Assembly (NCBI GenBank): GCA_002269645.1
Contig: NIVC01001485.1
Coordinates: 1-64,000 of the forward strand
From: Macrostomum lignano
Lineage: Eukaryota
Direction: 5' to 3'
DNA: 64,000 nucleotides
The number at the start of each line of letters is the position of its first letter. The stretch's first letter is position 1. Both the position numbers and the translations under genes were made by a program. Positions 1-8,732 of this stretch are shown here, piece after piece. Below the pieces are notes generated by a model. It saw only the letters and a program-made list of their open reading frames with translations, did not search any database and was not told the origin of the DNA.

Positions 1-370
1 GCCCTGTACACTGAGCAACCGCCCCCCATGCGGGGGACAGAAGAGCCCCTGTAGCTGGGGACAGAGAGCAGCCCCTGTAGGCAGGAGGGGTAGTGCGTGG
101 AGAAGCCGCCATCCCCCTGTAGCAGGGGACAGATAACAGGCGACCCCTGTAGCAGTATGAGGTGGGGTACAAAGAGACACGGGGTGCTGGGACAGAGAGT
201 GCGTGGAGGCACCCTGCGCTGCCCTGGCATGTCGCAGCACGCGGCGTGGACAGAGAGGGAGTATGAATCACACGAGCGGGAGAGCCCCGGCCGGAGAGAG
301 CGGCCAGTCTGGAGGAGCGCGGTGAGCAGACCGGGGGTGATGAGAGAGCTCCCCCCAGGGCAGTAGAGGA
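1..370. repeat. Left terminal inverted repeat of element A (partial)
   Basis: 1..272 is the near-exact reverse complement of 9660..9931; degenerate similarity continues to ~370/9570. Confidence 0.9.
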
Positions 371-449
371 CTTGAAAAGAAAAACACGTATTTTAGTTGT
401 TTCAGGTTCAGGCCATCCGGCAAACAGAGCAAAGCTCTCCAACAGTGTT

Positions 450-1079
450 TTATTTAGCATAAACTACGGGGTAGCGCCCCAACACATTAGCATAGTAGCG
501 AACAGATGCGTTCTGCAAGCAATTAACAATCAAGTAGGAGTAGGGCTCCCTAGTGGCGTCTTCGTACATTTGAACAAAACTTTTTGGGTTAGCGGGGACA
601 AGCTGCTTTGCAATATGGCGACTGTACTAACGTCCCGTACATTGCGGAACAATACAAGGTAGTTTGCGTTAAGGGATTGAGTGCGGTGCTCCTTGCCCTT
701 GGCAAACAGGTTTTGTACAAGGTACCAAAGCCGGAATCCCACATGGCTGACTTTGCGAGTGAAAAATGCGGTAAAAGCAGCGTTTTTTTCCATGGCTTGC
801 ATTTGATCATCGACAACGAGTAGAATATTCGGAGCGGGAACATAGGTTTCAGGGTTAAATGTAGACGAGCGAAAATTGACAGGGTACGGTAATTCAAACA
901 GTTCCGGGTCTGGATAGTGCCCAAACCAATCAACGCGAACAGGCTTAGGGTCCTGAAAAAACTCGTTTCGCAGCAATTCTTTAACAAGAGTTGTTTTTTC
1001 CGCTCTGGTTAACACCAGCAAAAATCGCCGAAGTATTTGGAGCAAACTTTAGAGCGTCAGGATCAATTGTTTGGTACAT
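450..1079 (-). pseudogene. Genome-packaging ATPase (A32/FtsK-like, Polinton type) with two apparent frameshifts
   Basis: ATG 1079 gives MYQTIDP...AGVNQSGK, then +1 shift at T6 run 994-999 to KTTLVKELL (Walker A); Walker B LLVVDD; QNLF motif; second shift near 610 restores DATREPYSYLIVN and stop at 450-452. Confidence 0.85.
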
Positions 1080-1113
1080 TTTCAGGGCGAGTTGACACTC
1101 CAAATATTAAAAA

Positions 1114-1551
1114 CTATTTTATTTGTAGAACATGTTTTCGAACCATCAAATCATTTTCAAGCAGATTGGTAGAGTAACATTCCCTTAAAATCTTTTCAAT
1201 CGACAACCCCTCTAAAAAGTGCTTTTCGGCCACAAAAATCACATGCGGCCCACACGCTACACTTAGAGGGTGTTGAACAGGGTGGCGATTCATAGCAACA
1301 GGTGAATGTACATGCTTCGAGATCCAAGCCGAGAGCAATTCCGGCACGGGTTCAATACACAGAGGGTCAAAAAATGTCACACTCTTATCATCGTGTAGGC
1401 AAATCAGTCCCCAGTGGGTGCCTGGCAGATTACCCGTGTCAAAATTAATTACATATGCAGCAGGGTAAACAGGTGCAGGAATTCTGTCGAGAGGGCAAAC
1501 GTGCACTTCCACAGGTAGTTTTAAACACTCCAAAATTTCCAACGTGTTCAT
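1114..1551 (-). CDS. Adenain-like (C5) capsid maturation cysteine protease
   Basis: Catalytic His GTHW, Asp FFDP, Gln/Cys QHPLSVACG in adenain order; 145 aa intact. Confidence 0.9.
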   Translation of the reverse strand: MNTLEILECLKLPVEVHVCPLDRIPAPVYPAAYVINFDTGNLPGTHWGLICLHDDKSVTFFDPLCIEPVPELLSAWISKHVHSPVAMNRHPVQHPLSVACGPHVIFVAEKHFLEGLSIEKILRECYSTNLLENDLMVRKHVLQIK

Positions 1552-2831
1552 ACGTAGTCCAGAATGGGCTGGCGGCCTCTAGTGATTTGCACCGCGTTGT
1601 CAAAGTAACCAAACACCAAAACGTTAATCCCGGCAGGTAGGGCTGCAGAAAACTTTATCTGTAGGGTCAGATTCCCTCTCTCGCGAGGCATGCTATGTCC
1701 ACCCAGTTCCATATCGGGCATTAGATTCCACGCAAATAAGCAGTAACCGGCGCGATAATCCGAATATGACAGGTCAATGTCCAAATCGCGATTCATTTTC
1801 CCTAGGCTCTTAAACAGCATGGCGTATTCGCGAGCATAGTTTTGGGCAGCGAACCTTGGAGTGAATGGTTGACCGCACAGACTGACACCGTCCTTGTACA
1901 GGGCCACACTGTCAGCCCCAAATGGCTCGAAATTGAACGGATTATGGGTAGCCACCCCGTTATATGCGGCACTATTTACCATTCCCATAATGACAAGTTT
2001 AGGCTTCTGCTCCGGGAAAATATTATTGATTGACACGTCGCGAACTCCTACAGCGACAGAGGTGTTGTGTACAACGAGGCGCTCGATGGGGTAGACTGCA
2101 TTCTGAGTTGCCAGCTGTTCTTCAATCTCCAAGGCCAGTTGGGGGTTAGCCTTTACCCGACGAACGTGTAATTTTGCACTTTGAAGAACCAACTTTGCAT
2201 CAACCCCTTCGGCGTGATTCTCTACAACGAATCCCGAATTTTGCAGAGTGAGCGTAACCACCATATCAGTGTAGGGTAGCAGCATACGATCGTTGGTGAC
2301 AAAAAAGTCGAGACTAAGAGGGCCATACAGGTGAAATGTTCGAGAACCGGCAGCCATCGCCTTGCGAGTTACAAAGCCAGGATTTCCAACCGCAGCCATT
2401 TGACCCCCAGCGTCTTTAGCGTAGCCCATCATCCGCAGTTGGTTAGACTTTGAATCAGACCCATAACTCAAGCATGTACGAATGTACGCCTTGTAGGCGT
2501 GGTTGTTGTTGCTAGACTCGATATGTGTACCATTTATGGAAAGAGACACGTTTTTGAACATGGTCTCCAAGAGGTAATTGATTGGCGCCACGTTTGAATC
2601 CGCCGCCAAATCGGCTCCATTAGCTCTTTTAATACAACCTTTAATCTCGAGATCAATGTCATTAAGATCGACAAACGTCTCGCCGCCCACAATTCTAAAC
2701 TCAACCACACTCGCATTTTCGACGCTGGCAACCGGGTGGATTTCTTCAGTAGTTGAACCTACAGCGGCAATCTGGTGGGCTCGAGGGGCAAAGAGCTCAA
2801 ACTCGGACTTTGTACACAGACACTCGGACAT
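1548..2831 (-). CDS. Double jelly-roll major capsid protein (Polinton PY/hexon-like)
   Basis: N-terminal ECLCTKSEFELF signature, 427 aa, NPFNF and terminal G.L.L...F...L...V.V.G.F strands typical of Polinton MCP; intact. Confidence 0.9.
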   Translation of the reverse strand: MSECLCTKSEFELFAPRAHQIAAVGSTTEEIHPVASVENASVVEFRIVGGETFVDLNDIDLEIKGCIKRANGADLAADSNVAPINYLLETMFKNVSLSINGTHIESSNNNHAYKAYIRTCLSYGSDSKSNQLRMMGYAKDAGGQMAAVGNPGFVTRKAMAAGSRTFHLYGPLSLDFFVTNDRMLLPYTDMVVTLTLQNSGFVVENHAEGVDAKLVLQSAKLHVRRVKANPQLALEIEEQLATQNAVYPIERLVVHNTSVAVGVRDVSINNIFPEQKPKLVIMGMVNSAAYNGVATHNPFNFEPFGADSVALYKDGVSLCGQPFTPRFAAQNYAREYAMLFKSLGKMNRDLDIDLSYSDYRAGYCLFAWNLMPDMELGGHSMPRERGNLTLQIKFSAALPAGINVLVFGYFDNAVQITRGRQPILDYV

Positions 2832-2860
2832 GTTTAGTAGACAGACTCGATTCGGCGAAT

Positions 2861-3205
2861 CTAATTGAAGCGGGGCTTTTTATTTATAGTGCTGAAAATG
2901 TCTGAATTGAGACGCTTCGGAGCCTTTTTTCTTCTTCGTCCGCTACCCCTTTGGGTAACCGTGTCTTTAAAGGCGTCCTTGGCAGCCTGAACAGAATTGC
3001 GCAGGACAGACTCCTTCAAATTGCCTCCTTGCTCGAGGCTATCGTTAACAGTAGTTGCTAGGGCTCTAGTACCATGACGGAGAACGTTTTTACCAAAACT
3101 CTTTAGAATTGGCAGCGCGAAGCGGGCAATGCTTCCAAACAAACCGTTGCCCCTCTGGGCGCCCGCGAAAACAGGCAAAGCTCCACCAATCAGAATAGAA
3201 GGCAT
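2861..3205 (-). CDS. Basic core protein (pVII-like Polinton protein)
   Basis: QRGNGLFGSIARFALPILK motif, basic RRRKK tail, LIGG/QRGNG candidate adenain sites. Confidence 0.7.
   Translation of the reverse strand: MPSILIGGALPVFAGAQRGNGLFGSIARFALPILKSFGKNVLRHGTRALATTVNDSLEQGGNLKESVLRNSVQAAKDAFKDTVTQRGSGRRRKKAPKRLNSDIFSTINKKPRFN
2881..2888 (-). promoter_or_regulatory. TATAAATA box upstream of MCP
   Basis: Exact TATAAATA on minus strand 50 nt before ATG 2831. Confidence 0.6.
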
Positions 3206-3245
3206 GATTAAGCACTAGGATATAGTTTACTGAGGCTGTGCTGTT

Positions 3246-3253
3246 TATTTATA
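3246..3253 (-). promoter_or_regulatory. TATAAATA box upstream of core protein
   Basis: Exact TATAAATA 41 nt before ATG 3205, overlapping penton stop. Confidence 0.6.
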
Positions 3254-4377
3254 GCTTCTTTTCGCGGATGTTAACGCTCAAGACGGTCTTGCCCCTCATT
3301 ACTTTTGTCATATCCCTGCCCATATCATCGTTAATTTGTACTTCAATAGTTTTGAATGGGTGCTTAACCAGCGGTAGATATGCCGGATTGACAAACTCGT
3401 AGTACTCGCGACCGCCCTGAACTTTGGGATCCATCGGTATAGCTCCCAACAGAGGAACTTTAACGTCTCCTACAATAACAGAATCGACTATGCTCGAATA
3501 GATGTACATTGTTTGTATTCCACCGGTTAATTCCATTGATGCGTTTGCGTAGAAATCCGATATACCGAAAAATGGGGTTGTATAATCATGCTCTGGGAAA
3601 CCAAGCACGCTGGTCAAGCGCCCCAGCCCAAACATGTAATCCACGAGCCAATGTAATAACACCTATTCGTAACTTCGCTGTATCCGAAAAAGTCCTTCTA
3701 GGTGCTGGAGCCGCTATGAGATCTTTGATCCGTTTCCAAATTAAATCGTTGAGTTCCTCCACCAATCTTTTAGGTGTACTATAGTATCCACCCTGCATAA
3801 AATAGATTTGATCAGACGCTGCGCTAGTAACTTGTCTTATTATTGGAGCGTGGTCCATTGACTGTACAGTCGGTTCCTCAACAACTGCGGTGATGGAGGC
3901 TGCACACCCCGCGTGTAATACGAGTTCAGTAGGTAGATCCTCATTAGACTCGAAGCCGGCGACTAGTTTAAACACCTTGGGTAGGGCATCCGGGAATTTG
4001 ATGCCGACGGTGGATTTTGAAGTATTCACAATCATAAAGGCGGTTGGGGATGTTCTTAAAAAGACAATTTTCTTATTATCCCCTTCAACGTATCGGATAC
4101 CGTTTAGAAAGCCGGAAATACATTCTTCAGGGGTTTTCAGACCCGCTGCGAGACAAAGGCTTGCAAACGACGAAGCCGTCAAGAGGCCCTCCTGTTCGCG
4201 AATGGTGATCGGTATAGATTTTTTGAAAGATTCAAATTCTTTGGTAAAGTAGATCCGTTCGAGGCAAACCTCATGATTCGGAAAGTGGAGAGTGTCCGGT
4301 AAATTAATAAAATAATGAGCCGGATTATTTTCGGGATAGTGCTCGGGGCACGCATTGCTAGGCAGAAAGAGATGCAT
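3249..4377 (-). pseudogene. Minor capsid protein (single jelly-roll penton, Polinton PX) with one apparent frameshift
   Basis: N-term MHLFLPSN..YPENNP.HYFINLP.TL; C-term MYIYSSIV..VIVGD.KVPLL..I...YLPL..TIEVQIND; ORFs 3586..4386 and 3249..3662 join by removing one G at TTTGGGCTG (~3628). Confidence 0.85.
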
Positions 4378-4389
4378 GGTAGCCACGCA

Positions 4390-5468
4390 TTAGTTATTAT
4401 TACGTTGACGTATATTTATAACTTCATTTACAGGTACAAATGAATTAAAAGTGTCGGGATAACCGCGCCAGCTAACGTAATGGTGCGCAACACCATTTAT
4501 TAACACGTTTCTACGCAAAACTTTATTGATTACAAAACGCTCGGGTCGGGTAGATTTGGACAGTTCATTGTAGTAAAACCGTCCCTCAATCACTTCACCA
4601 GACAAATCAGAAATACGATAAAAATGTGGGGGTCCAGGGCAAACTTTGGATATAATGTACACCTCCTCACTATACATGTCGTATGCCTCCTTGTCGAATG
4701 CCCTGCGAGATTTCGAAATTCTCACAAAATCCCCCTTTTTATATACGGGTCGTCTTTTTGCTGATCCGGGTAAAGCTTTTCCCACACACGCTTCTGATTG
4801 TGGAACCCTACACTTGACGGTTTCATCTCAATAGTAGAATGCGTCGTGTTGTTGTAATTGCCTATCAAATTAGGTAAGTAGTCAACCCAACGCCACGTGT
4901 TGTTGTGCTCAAAGTAGCGAGCCAGACGCTTTCGAAGAGTTCTAATCAGCCTCTCGGCCATGTTTGCCTTGTACACAGAGTTGGTGCTGTACATTTTAAC
5001 ATTATTGTCTTTTAGTATGCGGCGCATTCGCTGATTATAAAACTCGGTACCCCGATCCACGTGAAGGTAAAGGGGGCGGGCAGGGAAATCATTCGCCAAC
5101 ATTGACTCAAACGCTGCGGGGGTATCACTCTTTAGTTTAATTGCCCTACAAAAAGCCTGCTTACTAAGCACATCAATAATAACTAGTATATATTTATGTC
5201 CGTCATTCCAACGTTTGTATCGCGACATGTCCATCAAATCGGCTTGTAGAGTTTCCATGAATCCTCCCGACATTACTTTTCCCGTTTTAAATGTCCTGTT
5301 GACTCTCCGGTGACGGGTGTAACTCGGTTGGGTTTCTAGCCATTCCCTGGTTTGGCGTCTTGTCAGGTTTGGCGCCAGACGTTTGGCCTCCTGATAGACA
5401 CGGGCAGCATTTGAAAAAGCGGCGGCTCCTTGTTCGTAAACTCGACGAAGAGCGGTTAGAGCCCTCAT
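4390..5468 (-). pseudogene. Retroviral-type (rve) DDE integrase with C-terminal chromo-like domain, one apparent frameshift
   Basis: QADL / HVDRGTEF / MAERLIRTL catalytic triad; GD.VRISK..F.K; YVSWRGYPDTFNSFV chromo-like tail; ORFs 4722..5489 and 4390..4785 join near 4768. Confidence 0.9.
4413..4420 (-). promoter_or_regulatory. TATAAATA box upstream of penton
   Basis: Exact TATAAATA 36 nt before ATG 4377. Confidence 0.6.
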
Positions 5469-5601
5469 TGACAACAAGTGTGGATGCACAGCATGAATAG
5501 TTGCACGTAATGTCGGCTGGGGAGTTGTCTACACAAAGCTTTGACGCGGCTGCTGCTGCGCCCATGACCGCCGGGCGCGCGGTTATGTTTGGACTAGGGT
5601 T

Positions 5602-6228
5602 CTATTTATAAAGAGTCACGTATTTTTTCTTTTTCTCGGGTGGTCTTAGTTGGTAATCGTGATATTTACCCACCCCGGTACCTCGATCGACAAGTTTGGG
5701 CATAGCATTTACACCTTTGTTGCGCGTGGTCGTTAAATCGCGGGTGTCTGTCGCAATTGTGTGCTCATATTCATCGCGGTAATCGTCGGTACCAACCATA
5801 TGGTCAACCTTCTTTTCCTCCACAGGGAGCTGTTTCCGACCGAGCATAGACATTGGTATACGGGCCTTGTCTAGCAGAGCCCAGAAAGCGGTTGAATATT
5901 TCGGGTGATTATTAGTGCTGGTGGTGACGGCTTGTAGAAGATCAAAAACGTTGCTGCCACCCCAAGTTTCACCATCAAAAACGACTTCCCATGATTGGTT
6001 GTAATTTAGGCTGGGGTGCTTTTCTGTTAGTATATTCCATATACGTTGTTGCCTATCAGAAAATAGCTGCTTTGTCGTCTTTTGGGGTTTTACTTTAGCC
6101 AATTGGGTCTGTAGCTTTGCATTGTACTCTACAAGTTTTTCGTACTCCGATTTTGGGGCAATTTCTCGCGGAGTACCCTGTCTAAGCTGATTGAATTCCT
6201 CCTCGGGGACCACAACGTACTTGTCCAT
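5602..6228 (-). CDS. Conserved Polinton hypothetical protein
   Basis: MDKYVVVPE start and EVVFDGETWGGSNVFDLL...P...FWALLDKARIP segment resemble a recurrent uncharacterised Polinton/adintovirus gene. Confidence 0.6.
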   Translation of the reverse strand: MDKYVVVPEEEFNQLRQGTPREIAPKSEYEKLVEYNAKLQTQLAKVKPQKTTKQLFSDRQQRIWNILTEKHPSLNYNQSWEVVFDGETWGGSNVFDLLQAVTTSTNNHPKYSTAFWALLDKARIPMSMLGRKQLPVEEKKVDHMVGTDDYRDEYEHTIATDTRDLTTTRNKGVNAMPKLVDRGTGVGKYHDYQLRPPEKKKKYVTLYK

Positions 6229-6230
6229 TT

Positions 6231-6620
6231 TCAACGTCGTTGTCCTAGCAGACCACCAAACAGTCCAGTGATTAACGGTGCAGCAATCTTGGCGAGAATT
6301 GGTAGGAATCCTCCAACTTGAGGGTCCGATAGTATCATATTCTTCTTCCTATTTATAGACAGTTTTTTGTCGGCCATGTCATGCAGGGCTTCTCTATAAC
6401 GTTTCAACCTTGCAAACTGTCTAGGGGATAGATCGATATTGCCCTTGAGTACATTGTGGCTTAACTCGCACAGACACTGCATCAACTCATTATCGGCTCC
6501 CCTAATAATGGCCCTCCTTCGATGTGGTCGCGCGTCACCGAGCTCCTCTAGCTCGCGACGGCAAGAACAAAGACGAGAAATTCCGTTTGTCATTATTAAG
6601 GTGGTAAGCATTGCGTGCAT
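6231..6620 (-). CDS. Small basic virion protein with QxGGFLP amphipathic tail (pX/pVI-like)
   Basis: CLCELSHNVLKGNIDL and QVGGFLPILAKIAAPLITGLFGGL; GG/F and GG/L candidate adenain sites. Confidence 0.65.
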   Translation of the reverse strand: MHAMLTTLIMTNGISRLCSCRRELEELGDARPHRRRAIIRGADNELMQCLCELSHNVLKGNIDLSPRQFARLKRYREALHDMADKKLSINRKKNMILSDPQVGGFLPILAKIAAPLITGLFGGLLGQRR

Positions 6621-6638
6621 ACATGTGCATATTTTGTT

Positions 6639-6646
6639 TATTTATA
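6639..6646 (-). promoter_or_regulatory. TATAAATA box upstream of pX-like gene
   Basis: Exact TATAAATA 19-46 nt before candidate ATGs 6620/6611/6593. Confidence 0.55.
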
Positions 6647-6658
6647 AGCAAAGCATAA

Positions 6659-7138
6659 TTAGAGTTGCAGAATAGCAGTCACGTGGTCGTACATTTTACA
6701 CAGTTCGTCATAGTTTCGTATTCCTAGGAACACTAACCGACCATTCTTTCCGCACAGCAGGCACTTGGCCTTGCGGAATGGGGACTTTATTACAAGCCCA
6801 TTGAATACCTCACTCTCCCACTCAACCCAGCGCGAGCTCGAGTTGGCAAGGCGGAAAAAGTTTGGCTTAACATTAACTTCTGCACGATAAGTACCGGTAG
6901 TGATAACAACAGAGTTTGGTTTACATTGAGCAAAAAGACGCAGCACATCGTTGGTTGATTGGCAACCAAAAACAATGGCAGATAATGAACGTTTGAAAAA
7001 GTTTATTGTACACTTTCCGATCCTCAGGTTGTACAATGCCCGGGGTCTATGAAACGTTCTAGCGCGCGCCCAGTCCAAGTTCGGTAGGTGGTTCCACCTT
7101 GCGCAAAACACCCTGTTTACGCACACGACGTTCTGCAA
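6659..7138 (-). CDS. Divergent TATA-binding-protein (TBP)-like protein; no ATG in frame
   Basis: LQNVV start vs TBP IQNIV; WESEVFNGLVIK..CLLCGKNGRLVFLG..ELCKMYDHVTAIL aligns by eye with TBP YEPELFPGLIYR..LLIFVSGKVVLTG..EIYEAFENIYPIL; ~160 aa matches TBP core size. Confidence 0.65.
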   Translation of the reverse strand: MQNVVCVNRVFCARWNHLPNLDWARARTFHRPRALYNLRIGKCTINFFKRSLSAIVFGCQSTNDVLRLFAQCKPNSVVITTGTYRAEVNVKPNFFRLANSSSRWVEWESEVFNGLVIKSPFRKAKCLLCGKNGRLVFLGIRNYDELCKMYDHVTAILQL

Positions 7139-7739
7139 GCGGTTTTTTCGGTTGCTTTTGTTTCCGCTCAGCTCCACCAGCTCCGCGCTTGCGTCCTACC
7201 TTGATTTTTAACGGTGGAATCCAGTAGCAGCGGTCAAACGCCTGCTTGGGAGCTTCTATGAATTGCAGTTGTTGAATTTTCGGCACCGCGGTTAGAACCG
7301 AGTCGTGAATCACCGCCGTGTCTAGGGCGAACAGTACTCTATAGTAGCCCGTCTTGTTCTTGTAGTCGGTGCACAACTTGCCGCTCTTGTCGTACATTTT
7401 AAAGTCGTGAGCCAATCCGAATGCAGCGCTGTCGCAGCCAAAAGTGGGGTTGTACCCCAATAGCGCCATTCCTTGGATAGAGAGCTGGTGACACACGGAA
7501 TTGAACGCTTCTGGTATGCAGCTCTCCAAGTGCTTTTGGGAAAGAATGATGAATTCGCGGCCTTCATTGTCGGTTCTCACACCCTTGACAATCAGTACGG
7601 GCGTCGCATTGGCAAGATAGAGAGGGCCCTGTTCGTCGTACTCAATGTCGTACGTCTCGGTTCCGTTGTAGCTTGGACCTCTCGACTTGAGAGAGAATAG
7701 GTCGATCCTAACACTATTGTAGTCTTGAACGGTATCCAT
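7059..7739 (-). CDS. Hypothetical protein, possibly OB-fold ssDNA-binding protein
   Basis: ATG 7739 (MDTVQDY) with TATATAAG 44 nt upstream; beta-rich C-half GYYRVLFALD..IQQLQF recalls phage/NCLDV SSBs; assignment is weak. Confidence 0.4.
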   Translation of the reverse strand: MDTVQDYNSVRIDLFSLKSRGPSYNGTETYDIEYDEQGPLYLANATPVLIVKGVRTDNEGREFIILSQKHLESCIPEAFNSVCHQLSIQGMALLGYNPTFGCDSAAFGLAHDFKMYDKSGKLCTDYKNKTGYYRVLFALDTAVIHDSVLTAVPKIQQLQFIEAPKQAFDRCYWIPPLKIKVGRKRGAGGAERKQKQPKKPLAERRVRKQGVLRKVEPPTELGLGAR

Positions 7740-7782
7740 GTTGCTGCTGCTGCTGAGAGTGGGTCTCGCTCCTGAGCGCCTC

Positions 7783-7790
7783 CTTATATA
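7783..7790 (-). promoter_or_regulatory. TATATAAG box upstream of SSB-like gene
   Basis: 44 nt before ATG 7739. Confidence 0.5.
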
Positions 7791-7827
7791 CCCTTGGCGC
7801 GGAGGGTGGGGTGGCTGGGCGTTTTTG

Positions 7828-8343
7828 TTATAGTCCTTCTTTAACGACACTTTCCGGTGTTGGAAATCCGGAAAAAATAAACCTTTTGTTTCGATCTTCT
7901 GGTCGAGGGGTTTGAGGCGTGTCGTGAATGCAGCTGCAGTGAGGGTTGATAGTCAACTTCGCTAGCACTGGTCTACTGTGTTTAGGTCGCCAAATCCTTT
8001 GGTGTTCCGTCCACGAGGGAGCAATCGGCTGGTGATTCCGGTACCGTATTTTCTCACGATGATCCTCTTGTAATATTGGGGCAATTATCTGCTCCATTCT
8101 TTGAAGATTGGCTTTGAAATGCATCTTGTCTCTAAAGTAGTAGTCAATTCGGGCATCTGTATATTCTTGGGTGCTGTAAGGCCCTTGCCCAATTTCGTCT
8201 ACCTCGACATTAAAGGTGACTAATCGTTCGGGAATTGGTTTGCCGTGACAAATGCATAACCAGTCTGTGGACTTTTTCAGGGTCTCGTACTCTGCCCTTT
8301 CTTTGCTCGATAAAAGCGGGTAGTCTCGAGAAATCCAGCTCAT
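7828..8343 (-). CDS. Hypothetical protein (171 aa)
   Basis: ATG start overlapping upstream stop; fits the compact gene packing; no recognisable motif. Confidence 0.55.
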   Translation of the reverse strand: MSWISRDYPLLSSKERAEYETLKKSTDWLCICHGKPIPERLVTFNVEVDEIGQGPYSTQEYTDARIDYYFRDKMHFKANLQRMEQIIAPILQEDHREKIRYRNHQPIAPSWTEHQRIWRPKHSRPVLAKLTINPHCSCIHDTPQTPRPEDRNKRFIFSGFPTPESVVKEGL

Positions 8344-8693
8344 TCCTCTGACTCGTCAGATTCGTCGAGAAAGAAATAGTGGAAGAAATTGTCGACTCTA
8401 TTCTTTTCAACTGCACAAAGTATTTTGTCTGACAGGTGAAATTCGCAGTCTCCTTTTACGTACAGGCGCTTCCCGTCGATAACTTTGATAGATGCGCCGC
8501 CTCCGAGATCGTAATCTGTGCAGCTAGTGTCCAGAAATTTCATTCGATGCCATTGTGCTCGACTAAACACGGCTCCTGGACAGCTACAGTTTTGACAGTG
8601 GATGCGGAAACGCGGCTTGTTTGGGTCCCAATATCCCACTTCCAGCACTGCGTTGTCAACGTGGGTGTACACTATTTCCGATTGCCAGTACAT
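8340..8693 (-). CDS. Small protein, possibly PC4-like ssDNA-binding/coactivator fold
   Basis: PGAVFSRAQWHRMK resembles PC4 GISL..EQW..LK; acidic tail DESDESEE; TATAAATA 32 nt upstream. Confidence 0.4.
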   Translation of the reverse strand: MYWQSEIVYTHVDNAVLEVGYWDPNKPRFRIHCQNCSCPGAVFSRAQWHRMKFLDTSCTDYDLGGGASIKVIDGKRLYVKGDCEFHLSDKILCAVEKNRVDNFFHYFFLDESDESEE

Positions 8694-8724
8694 TTCGATA
8701 TTGTTGAGAAATACCAATTTTATT

Positions 8725-8732
8725 TATTTATA
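8725..8732 (-). promoter_or_regulatory. TATAAATA box upstream of PC4-like gene
   Basis: Exact TATAAATA 32 nt before ATG 8693, overlapping Fic stop. Confidence 0.55.

Noticed and set aside
97-366. ORF 97..366 and its mirror 9623..9838, plus other GC-rich ORFs at 9537-10222
   Set aside because: They lie wholly within the TIRs, use non-ATG starts and translate internal repeats; no protein-like signal.
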